Positions 42,149 to 52,492 of a DNA stretch of 64,000 nt are shown piece by piece (the stretch's first letter is position 1; each line of letters begins with the position of its first letter). Below the pieces are notes generated by a model, which had not been told where the DNA came from, made no database searches, and saw nothing but the letters and a program-made list of their open reading frames with translations. A program made the translations under genes and the position numbers. The stretch is from Alphaproteobacteria bacterium (lineage in GTDB: Bacteria > Pseudomonadota > Alphaproteobacteria > GCA-2731375): assembly GCA_965232515.1 (NCBI GenBank), contig CBDDPY010000002.1:4800001-4864000 (forward strand), read 5' to 3'.

Positions 42149-43810
42149 TTATGAACGTTTCGGGCGGAAGGCGCGGGCCTGCTGTCGGGCTTCCTCGATC
42201 TGCGCCGGCGTCATTTGCGCCGCCAGCCGGCCGCGGCCCGACACCGCCTGCGCCGCCACCTGACCACCCTCGTTCTGATCGACGCCCTGTGGCGTCCCCG
42301 CCAGTTCGAACCAGCGATAGGCGGCGACCGGATCGCGCGGCAGACCGACGCCATTCATATAGATGGCCGCCAGATTGAACTGGGCGCGGGCGTGGCCCCG
42401 CTCGGCGGCGCGCCGGAACCAGTTGGCCGCGGCGACCGGGTTGCGCGGCACGCCAAAGCCCTGGCTGTGCATGTAGCCGAGGTTGAACTGCGCCGGCGCG
42501 TAGTCGCTCTCCGCTGCGCGCCGGATCCAGGCGCCGCCGCGCCGGACATCCTGGTCGAGGCCCAGACCGCGCAGATAGAGCCGGCCAATGGCGTTCTGCG
42601 CGCGCGGCAGCCCGTTTTCGGCCGCCCGGCGATACCAGCGCGCGGCCGCGAAGGCGTCGGCCGGCATGCCCAGGCCACGCTCGTGCATGCGGCCGATCAC
42701 GAACTGCGCCGTCGGGTTGCCGTAATCGGCGAAGGGCGTGCAGCGGCGAAGCGCCTCCTGCCACTGTTGCAGCGTGAAGGCCAGCAGACAGAAGGTGGTC
42801 GCCTTGCGGTCTTCCGGTCCGCGGGCCGGATTCAGATCGTAGGTCTTCGGCAGGCCGTCGGCCAGTTCGACGATCAGCGCCTTGGCGGCCGGGTTCTGTT
42901 GCTGCACGGCCTTGCCGAGCCAGAGGAAGGCGCCGAACGTGTCGCGCAAGCGCGGCCGATCGATCAGCAGATAGCGGCTCAGCCGGATCTGGCTGGCGGC
43001 CAGGTCCTGCGCCGCCGCTCGTTGCAGCCAGAACGCCGCCTCGTTGGGGTCGGGTTCCGTTTCGACGCCGTCGAACAGATAGAGTGCCAGGTTGTGCTGT
43101 GCGCCGGCCACGCCCTGTTCGGCCGCGCGCCGGAACAGCGTCGATGCCAGCGCCCGGTCCTGATCGACGCCGACGCCGGCGTGATAGCGCTGGCCAAGAT
43201 CGAACTGCGCTTCGGCGTCGCCCGCGATCGCCGCGTCGCTGAGCCACTTGATGGCCTGGTCGAGATCCGGGTCCATGCCGATGCCGGCGGCGTGGTATTG
43301 GCCGACGCGCCGCATCGCCGGCGGAAAGCCCTGTTTGGCGGCCTTTTGAAACCACTGAAACGCCTCGTTGTAGTCGAGCTTGATGCCGTGGCCGCGGTCG
43401 TATTGCCGGCCCAGATTGTATTGCGCCTGGGCGGAGCCCTGCTCGGCGGCCCGTCGGTTCCATTCCGCCGCCGCGGCGCGGTCCCGGGGCACGCCCAGGC
43501 CGTCGAAATAAATTCGGCCGAGGTCGAGCTGCGCCATCAGGAAGCCCTGTTCGGCCGAGAGTTTCAGCCACTCGGCCGCCGTCACGCCGTTCCGGGCCAC
43601 GCCGAAGCCATAGAGGTATAAAAGACCCAGGCGATACTGGGCCTGCGCGTCGCCCGCTTCGCCCAGCGGCTTCCAGGTATCGTGCGCGGCCTCGAAGTCA
43701 CCCGCGCCATAGGCTTGCAGGCCGGAAATGAAATCTGCCCGGGCCGGCATCGCCAGGAATATCGCGGCGGCCGCGACGGCGAACTTCAGGCGGCGGTATT
43801 TACGCATCAC
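42149..43810 (-). CDS. Secreted SEL1-like repeat protein
   Basis: Signal peptide and multiple AQYNLG/AAEQG repeats. Confidence 0.92.
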   Translation of the reverse strand: MMRKYRRLKFAVAAAAIFLAMPARADFISGLQAYGAGDFEAAHDTWKPLGEAGDAQAQYRLGLLYLYGFGVARNGVTAAEWLKLSAEQGFLMAQLDLGRIYFDGLGVPRDRAAAAEWNRRAAEQGSAQAQYNLGRQYDRGHGIKLDYNEAFQWFQKAAKQGFPPAMRRVGQYHAAGIGMDPDLDQAIKWLSDAAIAGDAEAQFDLGQRYHAGVGVDQDRALASTLFRRAAEQGVAGAQHNLALYLFDGVETEPDPNEAAFWLQRAAAQDLAASQIRLSRYLLIDRPRLRDTFGAFLWLGKAVQQQNPAAKALIVELADGLPKTYDLNPARGPEDRKATTFCLLAFTLQQWQEALRRCTPFADYGNPTAQFVIGRMHERGLGMPADAFAAARWYRRAAENGLPRAQNAIGRLYLRGLGLDQDVRRGGAWIRRAAESDYAPAQFNLGYMHSQGFGVPRNPVAAANWFRRAAERGHARAQFNLAAIYMNGVGLPRDPVAAYRWFELAGTPQGVDQNEGGQVAAQAVSGRGRLAAQMTPAQIEEARQQARAFRPKRS

Positions 43811-43928
43811 AACGTCGGATGGGACTGCCCATTTTCGGTTCGGTTGACCCGTTTGAGTTTAGCCAGGAAGCCGTTGTCTGGCGAGGCGCGTTCTTGGCGG
43901 CGTCATGTCTTGCAGATAATCTCGGCCA

Positions 43929-44324
43929 ATGGCAGATGACGATCTGATACCGCCCAGTCTCGATGATATGGAGACCATGGCGCGCCGCGCCTACGATTCC
44001 ATACCGGCGCATCTGCGCCAGCACGCCAAGGACGTCGTCGTGCGTGTCGTCGAGTTCCCTGACGACGAAACGCTCGACGGTCTGGGCCTCGATACGCCGT
44101 TCGATCTGCTGGGGCTGTATCGGGGGGTCAGCCTGGACAAGAAAGAAGGCGCGCTGATCGACGACGTCGACATGGTGTTCCTCTACCGCCGGCCGATCCT
44201 GGACTACTGGTGCGAAACCGGCGAACCGCTGGCGCGCATTGTCACGCATGTCCTGATCCACGAGATCGGCCACCACTTCGGTTTTTCCGACGCCGACATG
44301 GAAGCGATCGAGGCAGGCCTCTAG
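43929..44324 (+). CDS. Zincin-like metallopeptidase
   Basis: LLGLY.G, LYRRPI, HEIGHHFG. Confidence 0.9.
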   Translation: MADDDLIPPSLDDMETMARRAYDSIPAHLRQHAKDVVVRVVEFPDDETLDGLGLDTPFDLLGLYRGVSLDKKEGALIDDVDMVFLYRRPILDYWCETGEPLARIVTHVLIHEIGHHFGFSDADMEAIEAGL

Positions 44325-44377
44325 TATCGAGGCCGGCCTCAAATATTGAATCTCTGGTTTTTCGGGGGACGTCATTC

Positions 44378-46831
44378 ATGCCGGTCAAGGGACTGAAGCC
44401 AGCCGCGCTCTACCGTCGTTGTCCGACCTCGTCGTTCGGCTTTCGCAGCACGGCCGAGCTCGCGGACCTGGACGGCGTGCTGGGCCAGGACCGGGCTGTC
44501 GAGGCGCTGACCTTCGGCATCGGCATCCGGCGCGACGGCTACAATCTGTTCGTGCTGGGACCGCCGGGGACCGGCCGGCATTCGATGGTGCGGGACTATC
44601 TGCAGCGTCGGGCGGCGAGAGAGCCGACGCCCGACGAATGGGTCTATGTGAACAACTTCGCGCAGCCGCACCGGCCGAACGCGTTGTCCCTGCCGCCCGG
44701 CCGCGCCGCCGGCCTGAAGCGCGATATGGAGCGGCTGGTCGAGGATCTGCAGGCGGCGATCCCGGCCTTGTTTGAGAGCGACGAGTTCCGCACCCGGCTG
44801 CAGGCGATCGAGGAGGAGTTCAAGGAGGCCCAGGAGGCGGCCTTCAAGAACGTCCAGGTGGACGCTAACAAGCGCAATCTCGCCTTGGTCCGCACGCCGA
44901 TGGGGTTCGCCTTGGCGCCGATGCGCGGCAGCGAGGTGATGCCCCCGGACGAGTTCAACAAGCTGCCGGAGGCGGTGCGCAAGAAGATCGAGCAGGATAT
45001 CGAGGAGTTGCAGGTCGAGTTGCAGGCGGTGGTCCGCCAGATCCCGGACTGGGAGCGTGATCGCCGCGCCAGGATTCGCGAGCTGACGCGTGAAATGACG
45101 CGCCTCGCCGTTGCCGGCCAGATCGCCGAGCTGAAGCGCACCTATGACGGCTTCGACCAGATCATCGCCTATTTCGACGCGGTCGAGCACGACATCGCCG
45201 AGAGCGTCGATGCCTTCATGCCGCAGGAGCAGCAGCCGCAACAGCAGATGGCGCCGGGACAGGGGGCGGCGCGCGCGGCCGCCGCCTTGCGCCGCTACCA
45301 GGTGACCCTGATGCTGGACGGCGCGCGGCCGGCCGGCGCGCCGGTTATCTCCGAGGAACTGCCGACCCAGCCGAACCTGGTCGGCCGGGTCGAGCACCAG
45401 GCGGAGATGGGCGCGCTGCTGACCGACTTCACCATGATCAAGCCGGGCGCGCTGCATCGCGCCAACGGCGGCTATCTGGTGCTCGACGCGCTGCGGTTGC
45501 TGCAACAGCCCTATGCCTGGGAATCGCTGAAGCGCGCGCTGCGTGGCGGGCACGTGAACATCGAGTCGCTGGGACAGATGCTCAGCATGATCAGCACCGT
45601 CTCGCTCGACCCCGAACCGATCCCGCTCGACGTCAAGGTCGTGCTGATCGGCGACCGGCGCCTGTACTACATGCTGTGCGCCGCTGACCCGGACTTTCCG
45701 AGCCTGTTCAAGGTGATGGTCGACTTCGAGGAGAACATCGACCTGACGGCGGAGACCGCGCAGGGATACGCGCGCCTGCTGGCGGGCGTCGCCCGGCGCG
45801 CTGAGTTGCGGCCGTTGGACCGTGGCGGCGTCGCCCGGGTCGTCGAGCATGCCGGCCGCATGGCCGGCGATGCGGAAAAGGTCTCGGTGCAGGTCGGGCA
45901 TCTGGCCGATCTGTTGCGCGAGGCCGACTACTTCGCCGGCAACGCGGGCCGTAAGCTGATTGGCCGCGACAATGTGCAGCAGGCCATCGACGCCGCCGTC
46001 TATCGCGCCAACCGCGCGGCCGAGCAGACCCGCGAGGCGATCACCCGCGACACCGTGCTGATCGACACCGACGGCGCCCAGGTGGCGCAGATCAATGGCC
46101 TGGCGGTCTACGGGCTGGGCAATTTCTCGTTCGGCCGGCCCAGCCGGATCACCGCCCGCGTGCGCATGGGCTCGGGCGAGGTGGTCGATATCGAGCGTCG
46201 GGTCGAGCTCGGCGGACCGCTGCATTCCAAGGGCGTGTTGATCCTGTCGGCGTTCCTCGGCGCCCGCTTCGCGGCCGACCACCCGTTGTCGCTGTCGGCG
46301 AGCCTGGTGTTCGAGCAGTCCTATGGCGGCGTTGACGGCGACAGCGCCTCGTCGGCCGAATGCTATGTTCTGATGTCGGCGCTGTCGGGCCTGCCGATCG
46401 AACAGGGGCTCGCCGTCACCGGCTCCGTCAACCAGCATGGCGAAGTGCAGGCGATCGGCGGCGTCAACGAGAAGATCGAGGGGTTTTTCGATATCTGCGC
46501 CGACCGTGGCCTGACCGGCCGGCAGGGTGTGCTGATCCCCGCCTCGAACGTCAAGCACCTGATGCTGCGCGGCGACGTGGTGGACGCGGTGCGCCGGGGC
46601 ATGTTCAATGTCTACGCCGTGACCACCATCGACGAAGGTATCGAATTGCTGACCGGCCGCCGCGCCGGCGCATTGCGCAAGGACGGCACCTATCCGCCGG
46701 ACAGCGTCAACCGGCTGGTGCAGGACCGCCTGCTCGAGTTGGCGGATAAACGTCGCAAGTTCGGCGCGCGGCGTCCGGACGAGGCGAACGACAAGGCCGA
46801 CACGAACAACGCCAAGGCGGCGGCGAAATGA
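44378..46831 (+). CDS. Lon-like ATP-dependent protease (AAA_32 + Lon_C)
   Basis: GPPGTGR, GALHRANGG, DGDSAS, GGVNEKIEGF. Confidence 0.9.
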   Translation: MPVKGLKPAALYRRCPTSSFGFRSTAELADLDGVLGQDRAVEALTFGIGIRRDGYNLFVLGPPGTGRHSMVRDYLQRRAAREPTPDEWVYVNNFAQPHRPNALSLPPGRAAGLKRDMERLVEDLQAAIPALFESDEFRTRLQAIEEEFKEAQEAAFKNVQVDANKRNLALVRTPMGFALAPMRGSEVMPPDEFNKLPEAVRKKIEQDIEELQVELQAVVRQIPDWERDRRARIRELTREMTRLAVAGQIAELKRTYDGFDQIIAYFDAVEHDIAESVDAFMPQEQQPQQQMAPGQGAARAAAALRRYQVTLMLDGARPAGAPVISEELPTQPNLVGRVEHQAEMGALLTDFTMIKPGALHRANGGYLVLDALRLLQQPYAWESLKRALRGGHVNIESLGQMLSMISTVSLDPEPIPLDVKVVLIGDRRLYYMLCAADPDFPSLFKVMVDFEENIDLTAETAQGYARLLAGVARRAELRPLDRGGVARVVEHAGRMAGDAEKVSVQVGHLADLLREADYFAGNAGRKLIGRDNVQQAIDAAVYRANRAAEQTREAITRDTVLIDTDGAQVAQINGLAVYGLGNFSFGRPSRITARVRMGSGEVVDIERRVELGGPLHSKGVLILSAFLGARFAADHPLSLSASLVFEQSYGGVDGDSASSAECYVLMSALSGLPIEQGLAVTGSVNQHGEVQAIGGVNEKIEGFFDICADRGLTGRQGVLIPASNVKHLMLRGDVVDAVRRGMFNVYAVTTIDEGIELLTGRRAGALRKDGTYPPDSVNRLVQDRLLELADKRRKFGARRPDEANDKADTNNAKAAAK

Positions 46832-47580
46832 GCGCGCCCATGCGCACGTTGCGACGCATCCTGGTGGCGCTCGACGCCGGGCCGGACAGTCTGTCGCGGC
46901 TGGAGCAGGCGGCGATGCTGGCGGCCGACATGCAGATCGAGCTGGCCGGCCTGTTCGTCGAGGATGACGACCTGTTCCGTCTCTGCGGCCTGCCGGTGCG
47001 CGAGATCAGCCTCGGCAGCGGCGCTGTCCGCCAGCCGGATCGCGCCACCATGGAACGCGAATTGCGGATCCGCCAGGCCGAGGCCCGCCGGCGTCTGCAG
47101 GACGTCGCCGCGCGCCGCCAGGTGAGCTGGTCGTTCGAGGTTCGCCGTGGCCACGGCCGCGAGACGCTGCTTGGCGCGGCGGGCGATGCCGACGTGGTGG
47201 CGATGTCGCGGTCGGTTCTGACGGTCAGCCGCCGGTCGGCTCGGGTGGCCGCGCCGCCTCCGGTTGTTGCCATCTTCGAGGCCGGCGACGGGGCAGGCCA
47301 CGTTCTCGACCTCGCGGCCCGGACTGCGCGCCAGCAGGGGGCGCCGTTGCTGGTGCTGGTCTCTGCCGGACTGGCGGAGCAGGCCAAAGCCGCCCTGACG
47401 TCGACCGGCATTGCCGCTGGTCTGCGGACGATCGGCGCCGGCAAGACGGCGCTGCCGCGCGGTTTGCAGGACGTGCAACCCCGGCTGTTGGTGCTCGACG
47501 CTGGCGGCAAGGCCGCCGGCCGGCTCGATGAACTCCTGACCGCGGCCGACTGCGATGGGCTGCTGATCGGCGGCAGCTAG
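46828..47580 (+). CDS. Universal stress protein-like protein
   Basis: RRILVALD...LFVED; ATGA overlap with the protease gene. Confidence 0.7.
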   Translation: MSAPMRTLRRILVALDAGPDSLSRLEQAAMLAADMQIELAGLFVEDDDLFRLCGLPVREISLGSGAVRQPDRATMERELRIRQAEARRRLQDVAARRQVSWSFEVRRGHGRETLLGAAGDADVVAMSRSVLTVSRRSARVAAPPPVVAIFEAGDGAGHVLDLAARTARQQGAPLLVLVSAGLAEQAKAALTSTGIAAGLRTIGAGKTALPRGLQDVQPRLLVLDAGGKAAGRLDELLTAADCDGLLIGGS

Positions 47581-48293
47581 ATCTCGTTCAGCAGCTTTGT
47601 GACGTAAGCCGGCACCACCTCGCTGGCCGGCCCGTGGATGCGTTCGGCGAACAGCGAGGCGCCCTCCGACGGTTCAAGATTGAGCTCCACCGTATGTGCA
47701 CGGCCGGCGCGGCGCACGTCGGCGACGAAGCCGGCGGCCGGATAGACGTTGCCGGACGTGCCGATCGACAGGAACAGGTCACAGCGCGCCAGCGCCGCGT
47801 TGATATCGTCCATGCCCAGGGGCATCTCGTAGAACCAGACGACATGCGGCCGCAGCCGCCCGGTTTCACCGCAGGCACCGCAGGTGCTGCTTATCGTCAC
47901 GTCGCCGGTCTCGGCCCGGACCGTGCCGCAAGCCTCACAACGGATCTTCAGCAGCTCGCCATGCATGTGGATCAGGTTGCCGGTGCCGGCCCGCTCGTGC
48001 AGATCGTCGACATTCTGCGTTACCACCAGCACCTCGCCGGCATGTTGGCGTTCCAGTTCGGCCAACGCGACATGGGCCGGGTTCGGCTCGACCTGCCGCA
48101 GACCGGCGCGCAGTTTGTTGTGGAAATCCAGGACATAGTCCGGGTCGCGGGCATAGCCGTCCGGCGTCGCCACGTCCTCCAGGTTGACCTGGCTCCACAG
48201 GCCGCCCTCGTCGCGAAAGGTGTCGAGCCCCGACTCGGCCGAAATGCCGGCGCCGGTCAACACCACGATCCGTTCGAAACCCGTTGTGCGCAT
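47577..48293 (-). CDS. cobB: NAD-dependent protein deacylase (sirtuin)
   Basis: GAGISAESG, TQNVD, HMHG, CxxC..CxxC, GTSG. Confidence 0.92.
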   Translation of the reverse strand: MRTTGFERIVVLTGAGISAESGLDTFRDEGGLWSQVNLEDVATPDGYARDPDYVLDFHNKLRAGLRQVEPNPAHVALAELERQHAGEVLVVTQNVDDLHERAGTGNLIHMHGELLKIRCEACGTVRAETGDVTISSTCGACGETGRLRPHVVWFYEMPLGMDDINAALARCDLFLSIGTSGNVYPAAGFVADVRRAGRAHTVELNLEPSEGASLFAERIHGPASEVVPAYVTKLLNEI

Positions 48294-48441
48294 GGCCCGA
48301 CACCCTGCCGCATTCCCGCGACGACGGCAAATGTCGCGAACGGAACGAAGGTGCCGTTTTCAGCCTTGCCAGGTCCGGCCGGCAACGTGTACGCAGCGCC
48401 GGAACTGGCATTGGGCCAGCCGTTGTCCGGAGTGTCCGGCC

Positions 48442-49758
48442 ATGTGGCACGCGCTGCTGTCTGTCGCCTCGCTGATCCTCGGCGTCACCCTGATGCAGGT
48501 CGGCAACGGCCAGTTCGGCACCTTCCTCAGCGTGCGTATGCAGGCCGAGGGCTTCTCGTCGCTCACCATCGGCATCGTCGGCTCGGCCTATTTCGCCGGG
48601 TTTATTCTGGGCACGGTCTATTGCGACCGGCTGGTCGAGCGGGCCGGCCATATCCGGGCCTTCGCGGCGCTGGCGTCACTGATGTCGGCGGTGGCGCTGC
48701 TGCATGCGCTGATCATCGCGCCCTGGACCTGGACGCTGATGCGCCTCGTCACCGGCTGCTGCATCGCCGGCCTGTTCGTGATCACCGAGAGCTGGATCAA
48801 CGAGCGCGCGACCAACGAGATGCGCGGACAGATCTTCGCGATCTATATGATCGCCAGCTATCTGGCGCTGGGCGGCGGTCAGTTCCTGCTTGGCTTGGGC
48901 GAGACCGCCGGCTTACAGCAATTCCTGTTCGCCTCGCTGCTGTTTTCGCTGTCGCTGGTGCCGATCGCCCTGACCAAGGCCGCCTCGCCGGCGCCGGTCG
49001 AGCGGGCGCCGTTCAACTTCGTGCGGCTCTACCGGATCTCGCCGCTGGGCGTGATCGGCTGCCTCGCCTGCGGGCTGATCAACGGTTCGTTCTATCCGCT
49101 GGGCCCGGTCTTTGCCCGCGGCATCGGATTCGATGTCGATTTCGTCTCCTACTTCATGGGCATCACCATTCTCAGCGGCCTGCTGCTGCAATGGCCGATC
49201 GGCCGCTTGTCGGACCGGTTCGACCGTCGCAGCATTATGGTCGCGGTGCTGGCGGCGGTTGCCGCCGTAAGTTTCCTAATCGTCATGGCGGCAGGTGGCG
49301 ACGCCAGCGCGCTGTTGGCGTTCGGCGCGCTTTACGGCGGCTTCGTGTTCACGATCTATCCGTTGGCCGTGGCGCATGTGAACGACCATATCGAGCCGCA
49401 CGAACTGGTTCGGGTCAGCGCCGGCCTGATCCTGACCTACGGCATCGGCGCCGCGGCTGGCCCCCTGATCGCGTCGACCGTGATCGATACCGTCGGCCCG
49501 CAGGGCCTGTTCCTGTTCACCGGCGGCATGGCGAGCGTGGTGGCGCTGTTCGGCCTCTATCGCATGACCCGAAGCCAGGCCGTGCCGCTGGACGAGCAGG
49601 GGCCGTTCGTCACCATGAACCGGACCACCGCCGTGATCGGCGCGCTCGACCCGCGCGCCGAGCCGGAAGAGCAGTATGAAATGGCTTTCGACGCCGACCC
49701 GGCGGCTCTCGCCGGGGATGGGCAGGCAGATCCGATTTCGCCGGAAGCTCGTATTTAG
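48442..49758 (+). CDS. MFS transporter (YcaD-like)
   Basis: GHIRAFAA, ESWINE, QWPIGRLSDRFDRR. Confidence 0.9.
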   Translation: MWHALLSVASLILGVTLMQVGNGQFGTFLSVRMQAEGFSSLTIGIVGSAYFAGFILGTVYCDRLVERAGHIRAFAALASLMSAVALLHALIIAPWTWTLMRLVTGCCIAGLFVITESWINERATNEMRGQIFAIYMIASYLALGGGQFLLGLGETAGLQQFLFASLLFSLSLVPIALTKAASPAPVERAPFNFVRLYRISPLGVIGCLACGLINGSFYPLGPVFARGIGFDVDFVSYFMGITILSGLLLQWPIGRLSDRFDRRSIMVAVLAAVAAVSFLIVMAAGGDASALLAFGALYGGFVFTIYPLAVAHVNDHIEPHELVRVSAGLILTYGIGAAAGPLIASTVIDTVGPQGLFLFTGGMASVVALFGLYRMTRSQAVPLDEQGPFVTMNRTTAVIGALDPRAEPEEQYEMAFDADPAALAGDGQADPISPEARI

Positions 49759-49824
49759 ATTGGCCGGTCGTTTTGCCGGTGTGGGTGGCATTCTCGTTTC
49801 GGAATTATCGGATACGATGGCGCG

Positions 49825-50262
49825 ATGCGGTCATTCCTCGCGATAGCGGTCGGCTTGATGCTGATCGGTTGCGCCGCCACGCCGGCGCCCACCGACGATC
49901 GGCCGCTCTACGACCGGCTGGGCGGCAAGGAAGGCGTCGACCTGATCGTCGACCGTTTCATCCTCAACGTGATGACCAACCCGGAATTGCGGCCGGCCTT
50001 CGCCGAAACGCCGATCTATGCGTTGCCCAACCTGAAGCGTCAGTTCGCCCAGCAGATCTGCGACATCTCCGACGGTCCCTGCGACTACAAGGGCCTGGAC
50101 ATGGTCGAGGCACACAAGGGCATGGATGTTACGCTCGCCCAGTTCAACGCCATGGGCCGGGAGATGCAGGCGGCCCTGCAGCGCTATCGCATCGAAGAAG
50201 GCGCCCAGCGCGAGCTGCTGACGCTGATGGGCCGGATGCAGGACGACATCGTCGGCAAATGA
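49825..50262 (+). CDS. Group I truncated hemoglobin with lipoprotein signal
   Basis: LIGC lipobox; LYDRLGG, GPC.Y.G.DM..AH. Confidence 0.88.
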   Translation: MRSFLAIAVGLMLIGCAATPAPTDDRPLYDRLGGKEGVDLIVDRFILNVMTNPELRPAFAETPIYALPNLKRQFAQQICDISDGPCDYKGLDMVEAHKGMDVTLAQFNAMGREMQAALQRYRIEEGAQRELLTLMGRMQDDIVGK

Positions 50263-50264
50263 GC

Positions 50265-50532
50265 TAGCTCGCATTTCTCAAACCCTGCATGGTCTGCGCG
50301 GCGCCGTGCTGTCGACAGGGCAGGAGCGCTGCGCGGCGCGATGTGGGGCATCGGGCAAGCAGCGCGACGCCCCCTGTCGACAGCACGGCGCCGCCCGAAG
50401 GGTCGCGCGCAGGCGCCCGCCCGCGGCGTCGCGGCCCTCAACCGTAGTCCCACTACGCTTTTCGGCCCGCTCCTGGCGGATCGGGCGCCTGTGCGCGACG
50501 CAGACCGTGCAGGGTTTGAGAAATGCGGGCTA
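50265..50532. mobile_element. MITE-like non-autonomous element
   Basis: About 40-bp terminal inverted repeats (36/40 match) TAGC[T/C]CGCATTTCTCAAACCCTGCA; TA at both ends; no credible CDS inside. Confidence 0.75.
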
Positions 50533-51078
50533 AACGCCGGCGGTTTCTCGCATCGGAAACTCGGCTTCCGGCCGATAGACCGCGCCGTCGCCGCCGAGAT
50601 GGCTGGAAAACAGCACGAATTCATCGACCCGGAACGGCAGGCTGACATAGCCGCCTTGATCGGCCAGAAACCGTTCGACGCGGCCGAGCGGCGCGTTCCG
50701 CAGACGCGCCAGCGTCACATGCGGGTGGAACTTGCGTCCCTCGGGCGGCAGACCGGCGCGGACCAGCGCGGTCTCGACGCGTTGCTGCAGGGCGCGCAAT
50801 TCGTCGTTGCCGTCGACGCCGGCCCACAGCACCCGCACCCGGCGGCGGTCGCCGAAATAACCGACCCCGCAGAGCCGGAGATCGAAGGCGGCGGCGTCGA
50901 TTTCCTGCAAGGACGCGGCAATGTCATGGAAAGCATGGCCGTCGGCCTCGCCGATGAACCTCAGGGTCAGATGCAGGCTTTCGGCCGGCAGCCAGCGGGC
51001 GCCCGGCACGCCGCCGCCAAGCAACGTCAGACGCTGACGCTCGGATTCCGGCAGCGGGACGGCCACGAACAGACGCAT
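50530..51078 (-). CDS. thpR: RNA 2',3'-cyclic phosphodiesterase
   Basis: MRLFVAV, HLTLRF, PHVTLAR (2H motifs). Confidence 0.93.
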   Translation of the reverse strand: MRLFVAVPLPESERQRLTLLGGGVPGARWLPAESLHLTLRFIGEADGHAFHDIAASLQEIDAAAFDLRLCGVGYFGDRRRVRVLWAGVDGNDELRALQQRVETALVRAGLPPEGRKFHPHVTLARLRNAPLGRVERFLADQGGYVSLPFRVDEFVLFSSHLGGDGAVYRPEAEFPMRETAGV

Positions 51079-51110
51079 CTAATATTGCTCCGGCTGTCCC
51101 ATGACGGGCC

Positions 51111-51792
51111 TCACGACGACCGCGCCTGCTTGATGGCGGTCAGCAGCTCGATGACGTAAGGACCGATGCCGTTGACGATAATCTCAACCCCGGCGGCGTT
51201 GGGGTGAATGCCGTCGGCCTGATTCAGGTCCGGCCTGGCGGCGACGCCGTCCAGGAAAAACGGATACAGCATCACGTCGTGCTTCTCGGCCAGTTCCGGA
51301 AACAGGCCGTTGAAGTCGGCGCCGTAGTCGCCGCCCAGGTTCGGCGGCGCCAGCATGCCGGCCAGCAGGACCTTGATCTCACGCTGGCCCAGCTCGGTCA
51401 GGATGGCGTCCAGGTTGCGCCGGGTCTCGGCCGGGTCGATGCCGCGCAGGCCATCGTTCGCGCCGAGCTCGACAATCACCAGATCGGCCGGCTCCGCCAG
51501 CGTCCAGGCGAGACGGGCGCGGCCGCCCGCGGTGGTATCGCCGGACACGCCGGCATTCACGATCTTAACTGGATGGCCAGCAGCCTCGAGATAACGTTCG
51601 AGCTGGGCGGGAAAGGAATCGGGTTGCGGCAGCCCATAGCCCGCCGTCAGGCTGTCGCCGAAGGCGATGATCGTCTGCTCGGCCACGGCCGTCGCGGGCG
51701 TCCAGATCAGGCCGGCGCAGACCGCTAAGGCGTTGACAACGCGGCGGAACGCGCCATATGCGTCTCGGACCGGGGGCAGTGAGCATTTCCAC

Positions 51793-51794
<2 letters not shown>
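51111..51794 (-). CDS. tesA: Arylesterase / acyl-CoA thioesterase (SGNH)
   Basis: GDSLTAGYG, NAGVSGDTT, GANDGLRG, DGIHPN. Confidence 0.9.
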
Positions 51795-52482
<688 letters not shown>

Positions 52483-52492
52483 GCGCGCGCCT

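Noticed and set aside
44372-46558. Long antisense ORFs (728 aa here; also 35626..37482, 52535..54238, 12315..13829, 15..851)
   Set aside because: Shadow ORFs opposite well-supported genes, expected from high-GC codon bias; no recognisable motifs.
47577-48293. Sir2-based defence system (Thoeris/DSR)
   Set aside because: Ordinary zinc-binding CobB-size sirtuin with no TIR, HerA or pAgo partner.
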